The notes beneath the pieces were generated by a model. That model was not told the origin of the DNA, did no database searches, and saw only the letters and a list, made by a program, of their open reading frames with translations. From a virus (Duplodnaviria > Caudoviricetes): DNA of 60,223 nt. The stretch's first letter is position 1; the number at the start of each line of letters is the position of its first letter. Positions 38,562 through 47,031 of this stretch are shown here, piece by piece. The translations under genes and the position numbers were made by a program. The stretch spans positions 1-60,223 of the IMG/VR virus record IMGVR_UViG_3300033076_000509; one strand, 5' to 3'.

Positions 38562-39593
38562 TCAGGTCGGGGTAACGGCGTAGCCGGAAGTCGCCGCAGT
38601 TGGGGCGCCACCGTCCACATACATCTGCGAAAGCGCGCCGGCATCGCCCAGCTTCGTGACGCCGATGGTGGACACGTCCTTGAACAGCACCATGCCACCC
38701 GCAGCCGCGTTCATCGAGACCGCCACCGCCATCGTCGCGCTGGTGGATTCGATGTTGTTCAGGACGCAGCAACGGTCGAACTTGGCCCAACGGTCCATGC
38801 CGGAAGCACCAACTGTCAGCATCAGCGCGCCCGTGCCACCACCCGATGCCTGCACCGGGAAGTCGCAATCGATGAACCGGTTGCGGGGAGTCCCGCCAGC
38901 CAGTTCCAGAGACGCATTTGCCGCCGTACGGGCCGTGGTGTCGCCACCGATCTGGCACTGCACGAACAGGTTTTCGCCGACCGAACCGCTGATCTTCAAC
39001 GAACGGCTCGTGGTGCTGGCCGCGCTGGCCGCGTCGTTCATGCCGAGGAAGGACACATTGAAGTAGCTGTTGCGGCCACCCGCGTCGATCCACGCAATCT
39101 GCCCCGTCGCACCGGTCGAGAAGCCGTTGTAGACGGAGAAGTTGGCAAAGTAGCAACCAGCGCCCGTGACGTTGAACATATTACCCGAGTTGCCGAACGT
39201 CGCGGCGGTATAGGTGCCGGTCGGCGGGGCAAAGCGGGCGCGGCTGTTCGCGGTGTAGGAAGCCTGGCCGATCAGATGGAGCGCGTTCTTTGCCCAAGTG
39301 ATCGTGCCCGTGGTGGCCGTGCTGTCAACCGTCGCGGCCAGCGCAGCCGACATCCGGGCGGTGCCCGCAGTCGTGCCGTCGCCAACCAGAACGATCACAT
39401 CGTTGTAGCCGTCGCGAGCCTGCGCGTAAGCCATATAGATGGTCTGGAACGGCGAGTCCGCCGCGCCCGTGTTGCCATCCGAACCGTGAGCCGGATCAAC
39501 GAAAATCCAGTTCCCGGTGAAGAGAGGCGCCCCCGAGATGCCCATGGTGGGCACCCCGGCAACCTCAAGTCCACTCAGATGGGTGATACCCAT
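38562..39593 (-). CDS. capsid-associated beta-helix-like protein
   Basis: FVDPAHGSDGNTG...PFQTI..A motif; follows the capsid gene. Confidence 0.65.
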   Translation of the reverse strand: MGITHLSGLEVAGVPTMGISGAPLFTGNWIFVDPAHGSDGNTGAADSPFQTIYMAYAQARDGYNDVIVLVGDGTTAGTARMSAALAATVDSTATTGTITWAKNALHLIGQASYTANSRARFAPPTGTYTAATFGNSGNMFNVTGAGCYFANFSVYNGFSTGATGQIAWIDAGGRNSYFNVSFLGMNDAASAASTTSRSLKISGSVGENLFVQCQIGGDTTARTAANASLELAGGTPRNRFIDCDFPVQASGGGTGALMLTVGASGMDRWAKFDRCCVLNNIESTSATMAVAVSMNAAAGGMVLFKDVSTIGVTKLGDAGALSQMYVDGGAPTAATSGYAVTPT

Positions 39594-39614
39594 GCTCTTT
39601 CTCCTTGAGGCTGG

Positions 39615-40529
39615 TTAGGAAGTCGGGAACGAACCCCAGATGGCGCGCCAGTTGTAGTAGCCGAAGCTGTAACGCTCATAGCCCTTCACCAGCAGGTTAT
39701 CGGTGACGAAATCGACCTGCATGTCGGTCTCAAACGCCACACGCTCCATGTAAGAAAGGCCGTCGATGTTGGTCAGCAGGAACCACGCATACTGGCTCGT
39801 CAGGTAGTCATCGACCATGTAGCCTTCCGGCAGGCCGCCGGCAGTCATCATGATCGCGTTCACGTCGTTGTCGGCCGTGCCGGGGCGCAGTTCCGTCTTG
39901 GTCAGACGGATGGCAACCGGCTCCAACTGCGGCGGGACGATCAGCTTACGGCCACGGGCGAAAACCTTGAGGCCGGCCTGATCGCGGAAGTTCGTGCGGA
40001 TGGCAATCATGCCATTCAGCAGCGTGGCTTCGTTGAGGTCCGCCTGCACGCTCGGGGTGTTCGCCACGGTGCCACCGTCGATGGGATGGCTGGTGGAGCA
40101 AAGCGCCACGCCGTCGCCGCCGATGTTGCTGTCGTAGGTCTGCGCCGTGTTTAGGACGTTCGCGCCGTAGATTTCCTTGGTCTGGAGGAAGGACTCCACC
40201 AGGCCGAGGTTGGACGGCTGGAACTGGGACTTGTAGAGGTTGTCGTCAATGGCCTTGCGAGTGATCGCGTAGCCGAGGCCGATTTCCACGTGTTCCTGAT
40301 TGTAGATGAAACGCTCGCCGGCCCCGTTGTCGAAGGCGGTCTGGCCGCCTTCTGTCTTCAACTGGGCGTAGCCGAGGAACCGCATTTCAGCGGTGCGTTC
40401 CAGCGCCAACTTGGAATTGTGCTTGGTGAAAATCTTGTCGTATTGCGACGGAATCTGCTCATACTTGCCTTCGATACCCCGGAGGCCGGGGAGCAGCAAG
40501 TCCTTGATCGCGGAAAGATTTACGGCCAT
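39615..40529 (-). CDS. major capsid protein
   Basis: LLLPGL, KTEGG, ITRKAIDDNLY, GDGVAL..TSHP, LIVPPQL, ERYSFG. Confidence 0.88.
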   Translation of the reverse strand: MAVNLSAIKDLLLPGLRGIEGKYEQIPSQYDKIFTKHNSKLALERTAEMRFLGYAQLKTEGGQTAFDNGAGERFIYNQEHVEIGLGYAITRKAIDDNLYKSQFQPSNLGLVESFLQTKEIYGANVLNTAQTYDSNIGGDGVALCSTSHPIDGGTVANTPSVQADLNEATLLNGMIAIRTNFRDQAGLKVFARGRKLIVPPQLEPVAIRLTKTELRPGTADNDVNAIMMTAGGLPEGYMVDDYLTSQYAWFLLTNIDGLSYMERVAFETDMQVDFVTDNLLVKGYERYSFGYYNWRAIWGSFPTS

Positions 40530-40545
40530 GGATCAGGGCTCCCTA

Positions 40546-41151
40546 TCAACCAACGCTCGTGAGCTGCTTGGTGCTCACGTTGTTGAAGGCCACGATGACG
40601 TAGTTGTAGGCGCCGGCAGCAGTGCCGGGGGCGCCGGGCGGGTTCGTGTTCAGGCCCACGATGCGGAACGGATAGGTGTCCGTGGTCGTGGGGGACACGC
40701 TGATGTCCACATACGCGCCGGAAATGCCGTTGGAGGTGTTCCCGGTACCGATGGCATACTGGACGTTCGCGTTGATGTCCGAGACCGTGGCGCCCGTGGA
40801 GGTGGACCCGCCGACCTGCGCGAGGAACCGCGCATTGGGGTCGTTCACGATGTAGCCCTCAACCGTGTCGGTGGAGGCCACGTCGCTACCCGGCCAGTAG
40901 TTGGACCAGACGGTGCGCTTCTGGGACACAGACAGATATTTGCAGCCGACGAAGATGCCGGCGATCTGAACCGTGGAGGGACCAGCGGGATTGCCCTGCA
41001 CGACGTAGCCGCCGTTCGTCGGGGTTACCGGGTCGCCGAAGAAGATGTTGGTTGCGTTGTAGGCAATCCGAACAGGGACCTGCTCATAGGTCGGGGCGGA
41101 ACCATTGCCGCTATACTGACGGAAGCCGAAGGGCGCGAACGTATTAGCCAT
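40546..41151 (-). CDS. capsid decoration / cement protein
   Basis: MAN..APFGFR...IFFGDPV...GIFVGC; immediately upstream of the capsid gene. Confidence 0.7.
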   Translation of the reverse strand: MANTFAPFGFRQYSGNGSAPTYEQVPVRIAYNATNIFFGDPVTPTNGGYVVQGNPAGPSTVQIAGIFVGCKYLSVSQKRTVWSNYWPGSDVASTDTVEGYIVNDPNARFLAQVGGSTSTGATVSDINANVQYAIGTGNTSNGISGAYVDISVSPTTTDTYPFRIVGLNTNPPGAPGTAAGAYNYVIVAFNNVSTKQLTSVG

Positions 41152-41297
41152 CCCTATCGTCCTTCATAATCGACCCTTTGTCTCGCACCGAGCGGACGCG
41201 GATCAGAAAAAGAGGACCATCACACCGGGGATGGTTGGTCGCATTGTATGGGACAATTCCCAACAATGCAATAGGGTATCAGATGGGGAGATTTGGC

Positions 41298-41328
41298 AAA
41301 GAAAAACCCCGGCGATGACACGCCGGGG
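41298..41328 (-). terminator. Rho-independent terminator
   Basis: Minus strand CCCCGGCG-TGTCAT-CGCCGGGG-TTTTTCTTT. Confidence 0.7.
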
Positions 41329-41435
41329 CAAGCTTCATTGGACAGCTGAGAGGAGTCACGTCTGTAGTAAACTGGAAGTCTGACAGGGGAAGGATATGCT
41401 TTTTACCATTCGGCCCCCTTCCCGTCAATTCCGGT

Positions 41436-41633
41436 CTATTGCCTCGCTTCCCACGGTCGCAAAATCTTCATTTCCTCAAACCACACATTAGCTTCTTCTT
41501 CATCATCGACTGGCTTCAAATCTAATATCGTCACTTCCGCGTGCCCCATTTGGGGAGACCCATCTGTGATTACCGCTATTAGACGGTCTTTGGCCCAGCC
41601 AGTGGTAAGCACAAGCCCATACTTTAACTTCAT
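41436..41633 (-). CDS. hypothetical low-GC protein
   Basis: AGGAGG RBS just after the tRNA CCA end. Confidence 0.6.
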   Translation of the reverse strand: MKLKYGLVLTTGWAKDRLIAVITDGSPQMGHAEVTILDLKPVDDEEEANVWFEEMKILRPWEARQ

Positions 41634-41645
41634 TTTTCCTCCTGT

Positions 41646-41721
41646 TGGCGCCCCGAGTAGGACTCGAACCCACATCCTCCGAACTAGAAAATCGGCGCTC
41701 ATCCAATTGAGCTATCGAGGC
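41646..41721 (-). tRNA. tRNA-Arg(UCU)
   Basis: 76-nt cloverleaf GCCTCGA...TCGGGGC-G-CCA; anticodon loop TTTCTAG; GGTTCGAGTCC T arm. Confidence 0.88.
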
Positions 41722-41723
41722 AT

Positions 41724-41918
41724 TGTCACGGGCCGGGCTTGATACCGGCTATAAGCCCCTTGCGGAGCCCTCGGGGGATTTATCGGGTATCTCGCTTAGG
41801 CTTTCGCCGTCACTTACCACACCATAAGAGCCTTCTACTTAGTGTGGACCCTTGGGCCGTCTTGTGCTCCCACTCGCCCCCATTGTCCCATCAGCGTGTC
41901 CTTCCACGCCGCCGTGAC
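41724..41918 (-). ncRNA. tRNA-like structured RNA with a large insertion
   Basis: Acceptor-like GTCACGG/CCGTGAC; D-like GCGTG-GAAGGA-CACGC; T-like GCCGG-TATCAAG-C-CCGGC; about 135 nt insert. Confidence 0.65.
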
Positions 41919-41955
41919 GACGCTTATTTACCGCAACGACGTGAGTAGTGCCATC

Positions 41956-42300
41956 CTAAATCCCGGTCCCCGGCGGCACAAAGCACATCACGCCCAGATC
42001 ACGCCGCCAGCACAAAACCGCCGAACCGGCAGGGTGCGCTTGGTCTTTCAACACCTTGGCGGCGGGAACTTCGGCCTCCCAGCCATCTTCCGTGATCGCA
42101 TACCACTTGCCATCACGAAACTGTGCGGTCGTGATGCGGCAATCGCTTTCGTCGCAGCACGATCCGTTGTTCTCCGGGATACGCAGCCCCCGGAACCACT
42201 TGGACATGGGGCTGTCCGGATCGGCGCCGGGTGGTGGGGCGGAGAATGCGGGCGACGCAACCAGCAGCGCCAGAAGCGCCGTCCGCAGACTTCTACTCAT
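41956..42300 (-). CDS. secreted Cys-rich protein
   Basis: Signal peptide; SCCDESDC...AVLC...CFVP. Confidence 0.7.
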   Translation of the reverse strand: MSRSLRTALLALLVASPAFSAPPPGADPDSPMSKWFRGLRIPENNGSCCDESDCRITTAQFRDGKWYAITEDGWEAEVPAAKVLKDQAHPAGSAVLCWRRDLGVMCFVPPGTGI

Positions 42301-42943
42301 TCCCCGGAATAGCTATAGGCGCGTAGCCTTCCTTGATGCTGGGACGCACGCCCGGATGCGCCTCGCGGGACATGGTGCCGTCCGGCGTCTGGCCGAGCTT
42401 CTGCTTGTTGGCCCGGACTTGGTTCTGCGCGCGAATGCGGTCCTGCCGGCGGGAATCCTCGGAAATCTCTTTAGGGCGTTCCATCAGGACCATGCCCTTG
42501 CGCTCAATCGTGGCGGCGCCATTGCCCATGGGCATCATGTCCGGATGGCGCGACGCGGGCACGGGCTCCCATCCCTTGCGGGCAATGGAGACCTGATAGG
42601 CCGGGTCCTCGGCGCCGAGTGTGGTCTTGCGCTTCCATTCGTAGTCCCAGCCCGGCGGCACGTATTCGCCTGGCACGTAGAACTCGTCGGCACCTTCGTC
42701 GGCATCGCCCAGATGGTTCCGCAGTTCGGCAGCACGGCGCGCGGCGCGGGCACGCGGGTCTTCCTCGCGCATGGCCGGACGCGGGGCGGGACGTTCGGGA
42801 GCCACGGGAATGGCGTCTTGCGCCCCTGCGAACGCGGGTGGGGCCGCAAGACCTTCGGCAAGGGAGGGTGCCGTCACGGGCGCCTGAACGGGCGGAACAC
42901 GGCGGTTGTAGGCCCGCTTGGGACGGGCGGCGGTGTCGGACAT
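42293..42943 (-). CDS. conserved head-module protein
   Basis: PPGWDYEWKR...GWEPV...GMVLMERP. Confidence 0.7.
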   Translation of the reverse strand: MSDTAARPKRAYNRRVPPVQAPVTAPSLAEGLAAPPAFAGAQDAIPVAPERPAPRPAMREEDPRARAARRAAELRNHLGDADEGADEFYVPGEYVPPGWDYEWKRKTTLGAEDPAYQVSIARKGWEPVPASRHPDMMPMGNGAATIERKGMVLMERPKEISEDSRRQDRIRAQNQVRANKQKLGQTPDGTMSREAHPGVRPSIKEGYAPIAIPGNE

Positions 42944-43845
42944 CAGTGCAGTTTCCCTTCACGCTGAAGTGCCAGCTTGTTGCGAGCGTATTCCTCCGGG
43001 GTCATCCCCAGATCGGCGGCGGTTTCCCGCTCAACGGCGGTCAGACGGACCACATTGGGGCGGGTGCCGGTCCCGTTACCTGAACGTGAAACAGGCGCGG
43101 TAGGCGGCGCGCTGCGGCGGCTGATCGGCTTGGCAGCGTCGGTCATCGGGTCGGCATCCTGCTCTTGAACCGGCGCAGCACGGCGAATGCCCAATGTGGC
43201 TTCTACCCGCTCAAAATATTCGTCCGTATCCGGCGCGATGCCGTCCGCCGTGACCAGATTGTGCGCCGCAATCATCTTCTGCATTTTGCGACTGTCGCGG
43301 GCGTAGTCCGGATTGGCCCGCACCCACGCCGCCGACCGTGGCGACAACTGCGCGGCCAAAGCTTCGACCGGATCGTTGTGCTGGACTGGCTGGACGGGCT
43401 GCTTGGCCTGTTCCTCCATGGCCTGCCTGCCGTTTTCCAGTTGCAACAGGCGCGCGGAGTTGCTGCCCATCGCTTCCTGAATCTCAGCCATAGCCTCAAA
43501 GTCGCCAGCCCGCGCCGCAGCCGCGTATTGCGCCTTGAGGTGCGTCTGACTGGACTTCACCGTCTCAATGGCGCCCTCCAGCATGCGAAGATCGCTGTCC
43601 TGCGCGCCTTTCTGGGCTTCCTGCGCACGGATTTCGGCCTGTCGTGCCCGTTCTGCCGCATCAGCACGGGCAGCGCGCTCCGCATCGAGGTCAGCACGCA
43701 ACTTCGCAAGTGCAGCATCCGGTTCCGGGGCTTCCGTGGCCGCCGCTGCGGGCGTTTCGGGCGACGCAACAACGATTTCCGGCGTTTCCGGCTCGTCCGG
43801 CGCGTTTTCGATGACGATTTCGTCGTTCTGGGCGGTTTCAGACAT
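42943..43845 (-). CDS. capsid scaffolding protein
   Basis: Acidic coiled coil; C-terminal VRLT...A..LGMTPEEYA. Confidence 0.75.
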   Translation of the reverse strand: MSETAQNDEIVIENAPDEPETPEIVVASPETPAAAATEAPEPDAALAKLRADLDAERAARADAAERARQAEIRAQEAQKGAQDSDLRMLEGAIETVKSSQTHLKAQYAAAARAGDFEAMAEIQEAMGSNSARLLQLENGRQAMEEQAKQPVQPVQHNDPVEALAAQLSPRSAAWVRANPDYARDSRKMQKMIAAHNLVTADGIAPDTDEYFERVEATLGIRRAAPVQEQDADPMTDAAKPISRRSAPPTAPVSRSGNGTGTRPNVVRLTAVERETAADLGMTPEEYARNKLALQREGKLH

Positions 43846-43853
43846 GATTTTTC

Positions 43854-44264
43854 TCACCAAACCCGGTCAGGATGGGAAACTTTGCCACGAATGAGCGTAT
43901 CTTCAAGGATTCGGCAGATGAAAGCCCCGCCGGTCTTGAAGTTCTTGACGGTAATCGACCATCCGTCGCTCGGGCGGAAGTAAACCCAGTCGTTTTCAGC
44001 CACCTCAACGCCCTGAAACCACTTACCCTCGGGGTCATTGAACGCGGTCGGGCCTTTTTTCAGGACCAACCCCACCTTGCCCTGAATTTTGTCCTCATCG
44101 CGGGTGGCATCAGGCAGAAAAATGCCCCCAGCGGACTTTTCCGGACGCACGTAGATCGCGCACAGAACCTGCGTGTTGAAGACCTCGATGTCCGATACGT
44201 CGCCAATCGCATCCCGCAGCGCCTTCGCGGGGTCAGTCGGATGAACCATGAGCATGGCAGGCAT
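43854..44264 (-). CDS. GroES-like co-chaperonin
   Basis: KSAGGIFLPD...GLVLKKGPTAF...DWVYF...CRILED. Confidence 0.8.
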   Translation of the reverse strand: MPAMLMVHPTDPAKALRDAIGDVSDIEVFNTQVLCAIYVRPEKSAGGIFLPDATRDEDKIQGKVGLVLKKGPTAFNDPEGKWFQGVEVAENDWVYFRPSDGWSITVKNFKTGGAFICRILEDTLIRGKVSHPDRVW

Positions 44265-44278
44265 TGTATTCCCCTTGT

Positions 44279-44479
44279 TTAGTTCTTGTCGGCCAGTTCA
44301 CGGGCCTCTTGCATCAACTCCTGAGCCTCTTTCAGCCCCGCAATCATGCCCGTGTATTGCTTGTATTCATTGAAGGTCGGCACCGCCGCGCCGTTCATCA
44401 GGATTTCCGTGAAGTGGGCAATGCGGCGTTGCAGCAATTCGTCCAGAATGCGTTCAAAGACGGTCGAATAGGTCTGCAT
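44279..44479 (-). CDS. small conserved head-module protein
   Basis: L.NG...FNEYKQYTGMIAGL. Confidence 0.7.
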   Translation of the reverse strand: MQTYSTVFERILDELLQRRIAHFTEILMNGAAVPTFNEYKQYTGMIAGLKEAQELMQEARELADKN

Positions 44480-44551
44480 AGTCTCCCCTTTCTCCCCTTC
44501 TTAAGCTGCGGCCCCGGCGCTGAAGGGGAGGGAACAACGCCGAGGGCCGCT

Positions 44552-44734
44552 TCATCGCTTCCGCTGCTGGCACAACGGGAGCGAGAACCCCGGCGGCAAA
44601 CTCCACGCCACACCGCCAATTGCGTCCTTCACCTCGTCCACCCACGGATGGAGCTTATGCTGCGGCGCAACAGGCGCCCATTTCGGGTCGCACCACTGCA
44701 CGCGCGGCATCGGTTCGGGACGCGTAGAACTCAA
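44552..44734 (-). CDS. hypothetical protein
   Basis: Short coupled ORF. Confidence 0.3.
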   Translation of the reverse strand: MSSTRPEPMPRVQWCDPKWAPVAPQHKLHPWVDEVKDAIGGVAWSLPPGFSLPLCQQRKR

Positions 44735-46089
44735 CGCTTGTGGGCCTGGATTTCGGACTTCTCCAGCCGCCCCTGCCCAGAGAGCGCGCCCGCGTCCATG
44801 TCCTTGTAGGACCGATAGGTGCGGCCACCGGCCTTACGCGGCATCGGCGCCCCACCAGCGGCGGGCATGGGCATCGGAATGGGCATCGGCATCGGCGCAG
44901 GAGCCGCACCAGCACCAGCCGGCGGTGGAACGGCCACTGGCATGCCAGGCGGGCGGCCACCACCCATGGACGGGGGCATGGCATCGGCGCCCTGCGGCTT
45001 CTGGCCGGTCGCGATGATGATATTCACGTTGGTCTTGCCGGCCTTCGTGCGGCCACCGGAGGCGCGTTCAACGCGGCCACCGCATTCCTTGCACTTGCAC
45101 GACGCGGGATGGGCAGCGCCGCCCTTGGCATACTTCCCGAGCTTGCCGGACAGGTCGATGACCGGCTTGGACGGGCCGTTGCGGTCGCTGCCGGACCCGT
45201 CGCGCAGGGGCATCGGGGGCTTGTCGTCGCCGCGCTCAGCGGGGAACTGGTCGTCGGATTTGCCGCCGGATGCGCGCTTAGGACGGTCGTGCTTCTTGTC
45301 CGCAGCGGACTTTTCCCACTGGGCCATGGTCATGCCGTGCTTCTTGGCCAGCGTCTTGTCCTCGGCCTTGTCCGCCGCAGAACCTTCGACGTGGCCGCCC
45401 TTCTTAAGCCCCGCAGCCGACGCCATGACGCCCGGCTTGACGCCCGTGAACCCGAACCGGTTGGGCTGCACCGCAGCGCGATCCGCCGCCTTCATCTTGA
45501 GCGCCGCCATGGCACGGGGATCAACCATCGCGCCGAGGTCTCCGCCGTCCATCTTGTGGGTGCGGCCACCGGCCTTGAGGCCGCCCGTATGCTTGACGCC
45601 ATCCCGCTCTTCGTTCGCGTCCTTAGCATTGCGGTTCACGTAGGCGTTGGCGTCAGACTTGCCGCCAGAGGCGCGGGTTACCCGAGTGTTGCGATAACCA
45701 TCCGCCAAATCCGCTTCTAGCCGAGACCGTTCAGCCCGCATATCTCCCCAATCGCCTTTCGATGTGACGTTCGGGTTTACATTTGCCATTTGCTTTTTCA
45801 GTTGGGCAAGCCTTTGGGCCTTCATACCCAATTCCGACATAATCTTAGCATCCCCGCCAGAAGCACGGGGCTTGCGATCCGCACGGGCCTCGGCCTTGTC
45901 GCCTGCCGCCACGACACCGCCGCGCTTGAAGTTGCGGCGAGAGACGGGCCTTAGGCCAGTTTTTGCTTCGGCGTGCAAATCGGTCGGGATGGTATAGTCA
46001 GACGCATCAACCTTGCCTGCCTTTTCAGAGGCGAGGCGGTGGGCTTTGGCCTTGTTCGCGGCGCGTGCCGCCTTCGACTGAGCGGACAT
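44731..46089 (-). CDS. basic low-complexity virion protein with about 10 xxxGG motifs
   Basis: RASGG x4, FKRGG, LKAGG, LKKGG, YAKGG, RKAGG, KMDGG. Confidence 0.7.
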   Translation of the reverse strand: MSAQSKAARAANKAKAHRLASEKAGKVDASDYTIPTDLHAEAKTGLRPVSRRNFKRGGVVAAGDKAEARADRKPRASGGDAKIMSELGMKAQRLAQLKKQMANVNPNVTSKGDWGDMRAERSRLEADLADGYRNTRVTRASGGKSDANAYVNRNAKDANEERDGVKHTGGLKAGGRTHKMDGGDLGAMVDPRAMAALKMKAADRAAVQPNRFGFTGVKPGVMASAAGLKKGGHVEGSAADKAEDKTLAKKHGMTMAQWEKSAADKKHDRPKRASGGKSDDQFPAERGDDKPPMPLRDGSGSDRNGPSKPVIDLSGKLGKYAKGGAAHPASCKCKECGGRVERASGGRTKAGKTNVNIIIATGQKPQGADAMPPSMGGGRPPGMPVAVPPPAGAGAAPAPMPMPIPMPMPAAGGAPMPRKAGGRTYRSYKDMDAGALSGQGRLEKSEIQAHKR

Positions 46090-46098
46090 TCAGTTCTC

Positions 46099-47031
46099 CT
46101 ATCTCGCCCGGTTCCCGGCGCCTTTGCCGGCCTTGCCCTTCCGGTGGGAAGGTTTCTCTTTTACCGCGCCACCGCGCTTTCGCGCAAGCAACGTATCATC
46201 AAATGGGACAGAGACGCCACCAGTGGTCTCATTCCCCTCAATCTGTCCGCGTCTCGCCAGCATATTGGATGCCGCAGTCTGCTCCGCCATGTTCCGCCAA
46301 TCGGGACGGCCCTGCCCCATGGCGAGGGACATTTCGTTGAGACGATCCGCGCTCAATGTTTCACGTGGAACACTGGCGGGACGTGTCGCGCGGGCCGAGA
46401 CTGCGACCGGCGGCATTTCGACTGGGCGACGCTCGGGGCGGCTGGGGACGAACGATGCGGTCGGTTCCGTGGCCTGCGCCGCAACGGACGGGGTATCGCC
46501 TGGCGGAGACGCAGCCCCGCTTGCCAGTGCCGCAGCGCCCAGCGTTGCCGCCGCCGTGCGCGGGTCCATCTGCCAACGGGGCGCGGCTTCTACCGCGTCC
46601 ATCACGGGACCGCTCGGCATCGGGCGATTGCCCATCGGTTCCGCCACAGGCTCGGCCAACGGGCGCGAACGACGCCCAACGGCAACGGCGCGGGACGGCC
46701 CGGTCAGCATCGTCGGCCCCATCATGGCAGACTGCGCCACAACGTCAGCCTCTTCAGGCGTGATCCGATTGCGCAAGCGGCGCGGCACTGCGTTCATGAT
46801 CCGTTCACCGAGCGAACCGCCGTCAGCTTTCCGGGGCTTGCGGTCAGCCCGCACGTCCGCCTTCGCGCCCTCGACCTTGCCGCCTTCCTGTCGGACGCGG
46901 ACTTTCTTCATGGCCTTATGCGCTTCTGCCAGTTCCGGCAGATACGCCTTGCGGGCACGGATGGCCTTGCCGACGCGGGCTTGGGCCTTGGCCTTTGCGC
47001 CTGCGCGCAGGGTCTTAGCGAGATGGGACAT
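46099..47031 (-). CDS. basic virion-associated protein
   Basis: RQEGG, KADGG, RKRGG; shares RADRKPR with the neighbouring gene. Confidence 0.6.
   Translation of the reverse strand: MSHLAKTLRAGAKAKAQARVGKAIRARKAYLPELAEAHKAMKKVRVRQEGGKVEGAKADVRADRKPRKADGGSLGERIMNAVPRRLRNRITPEEADVVAQSAMMGPTMLTGPSRAVAVGRRSRPLAEPVAEPMGNRPMPSGPVMDAVEAAPRWQMDPRTAAATLGAAALASGAASPPGDTPSVAAQATEPTASFVPSRPERRPVEMPPVAVSARATRPASVPRETLSADRLNEMSLAMGQGRPDWRNMAEQTAASNMLARRGQIEGNETTGGVSVPFDDTLLARKRGGAVKEKPSHRKGKAGKGAGNRAR

Noticed and set aside
41646-41721. Amber suppressor tRNA (CUA)
   Set aside because: The stem register centres TCT in the 7-nt loop, and genes here use TAG as a normal stop.
41724-41918. tmRNA
   Set aside because: It is too short, lacks the G3-U70 alanine acceptor, has a D-like stem, and shows no evident tag ORF.
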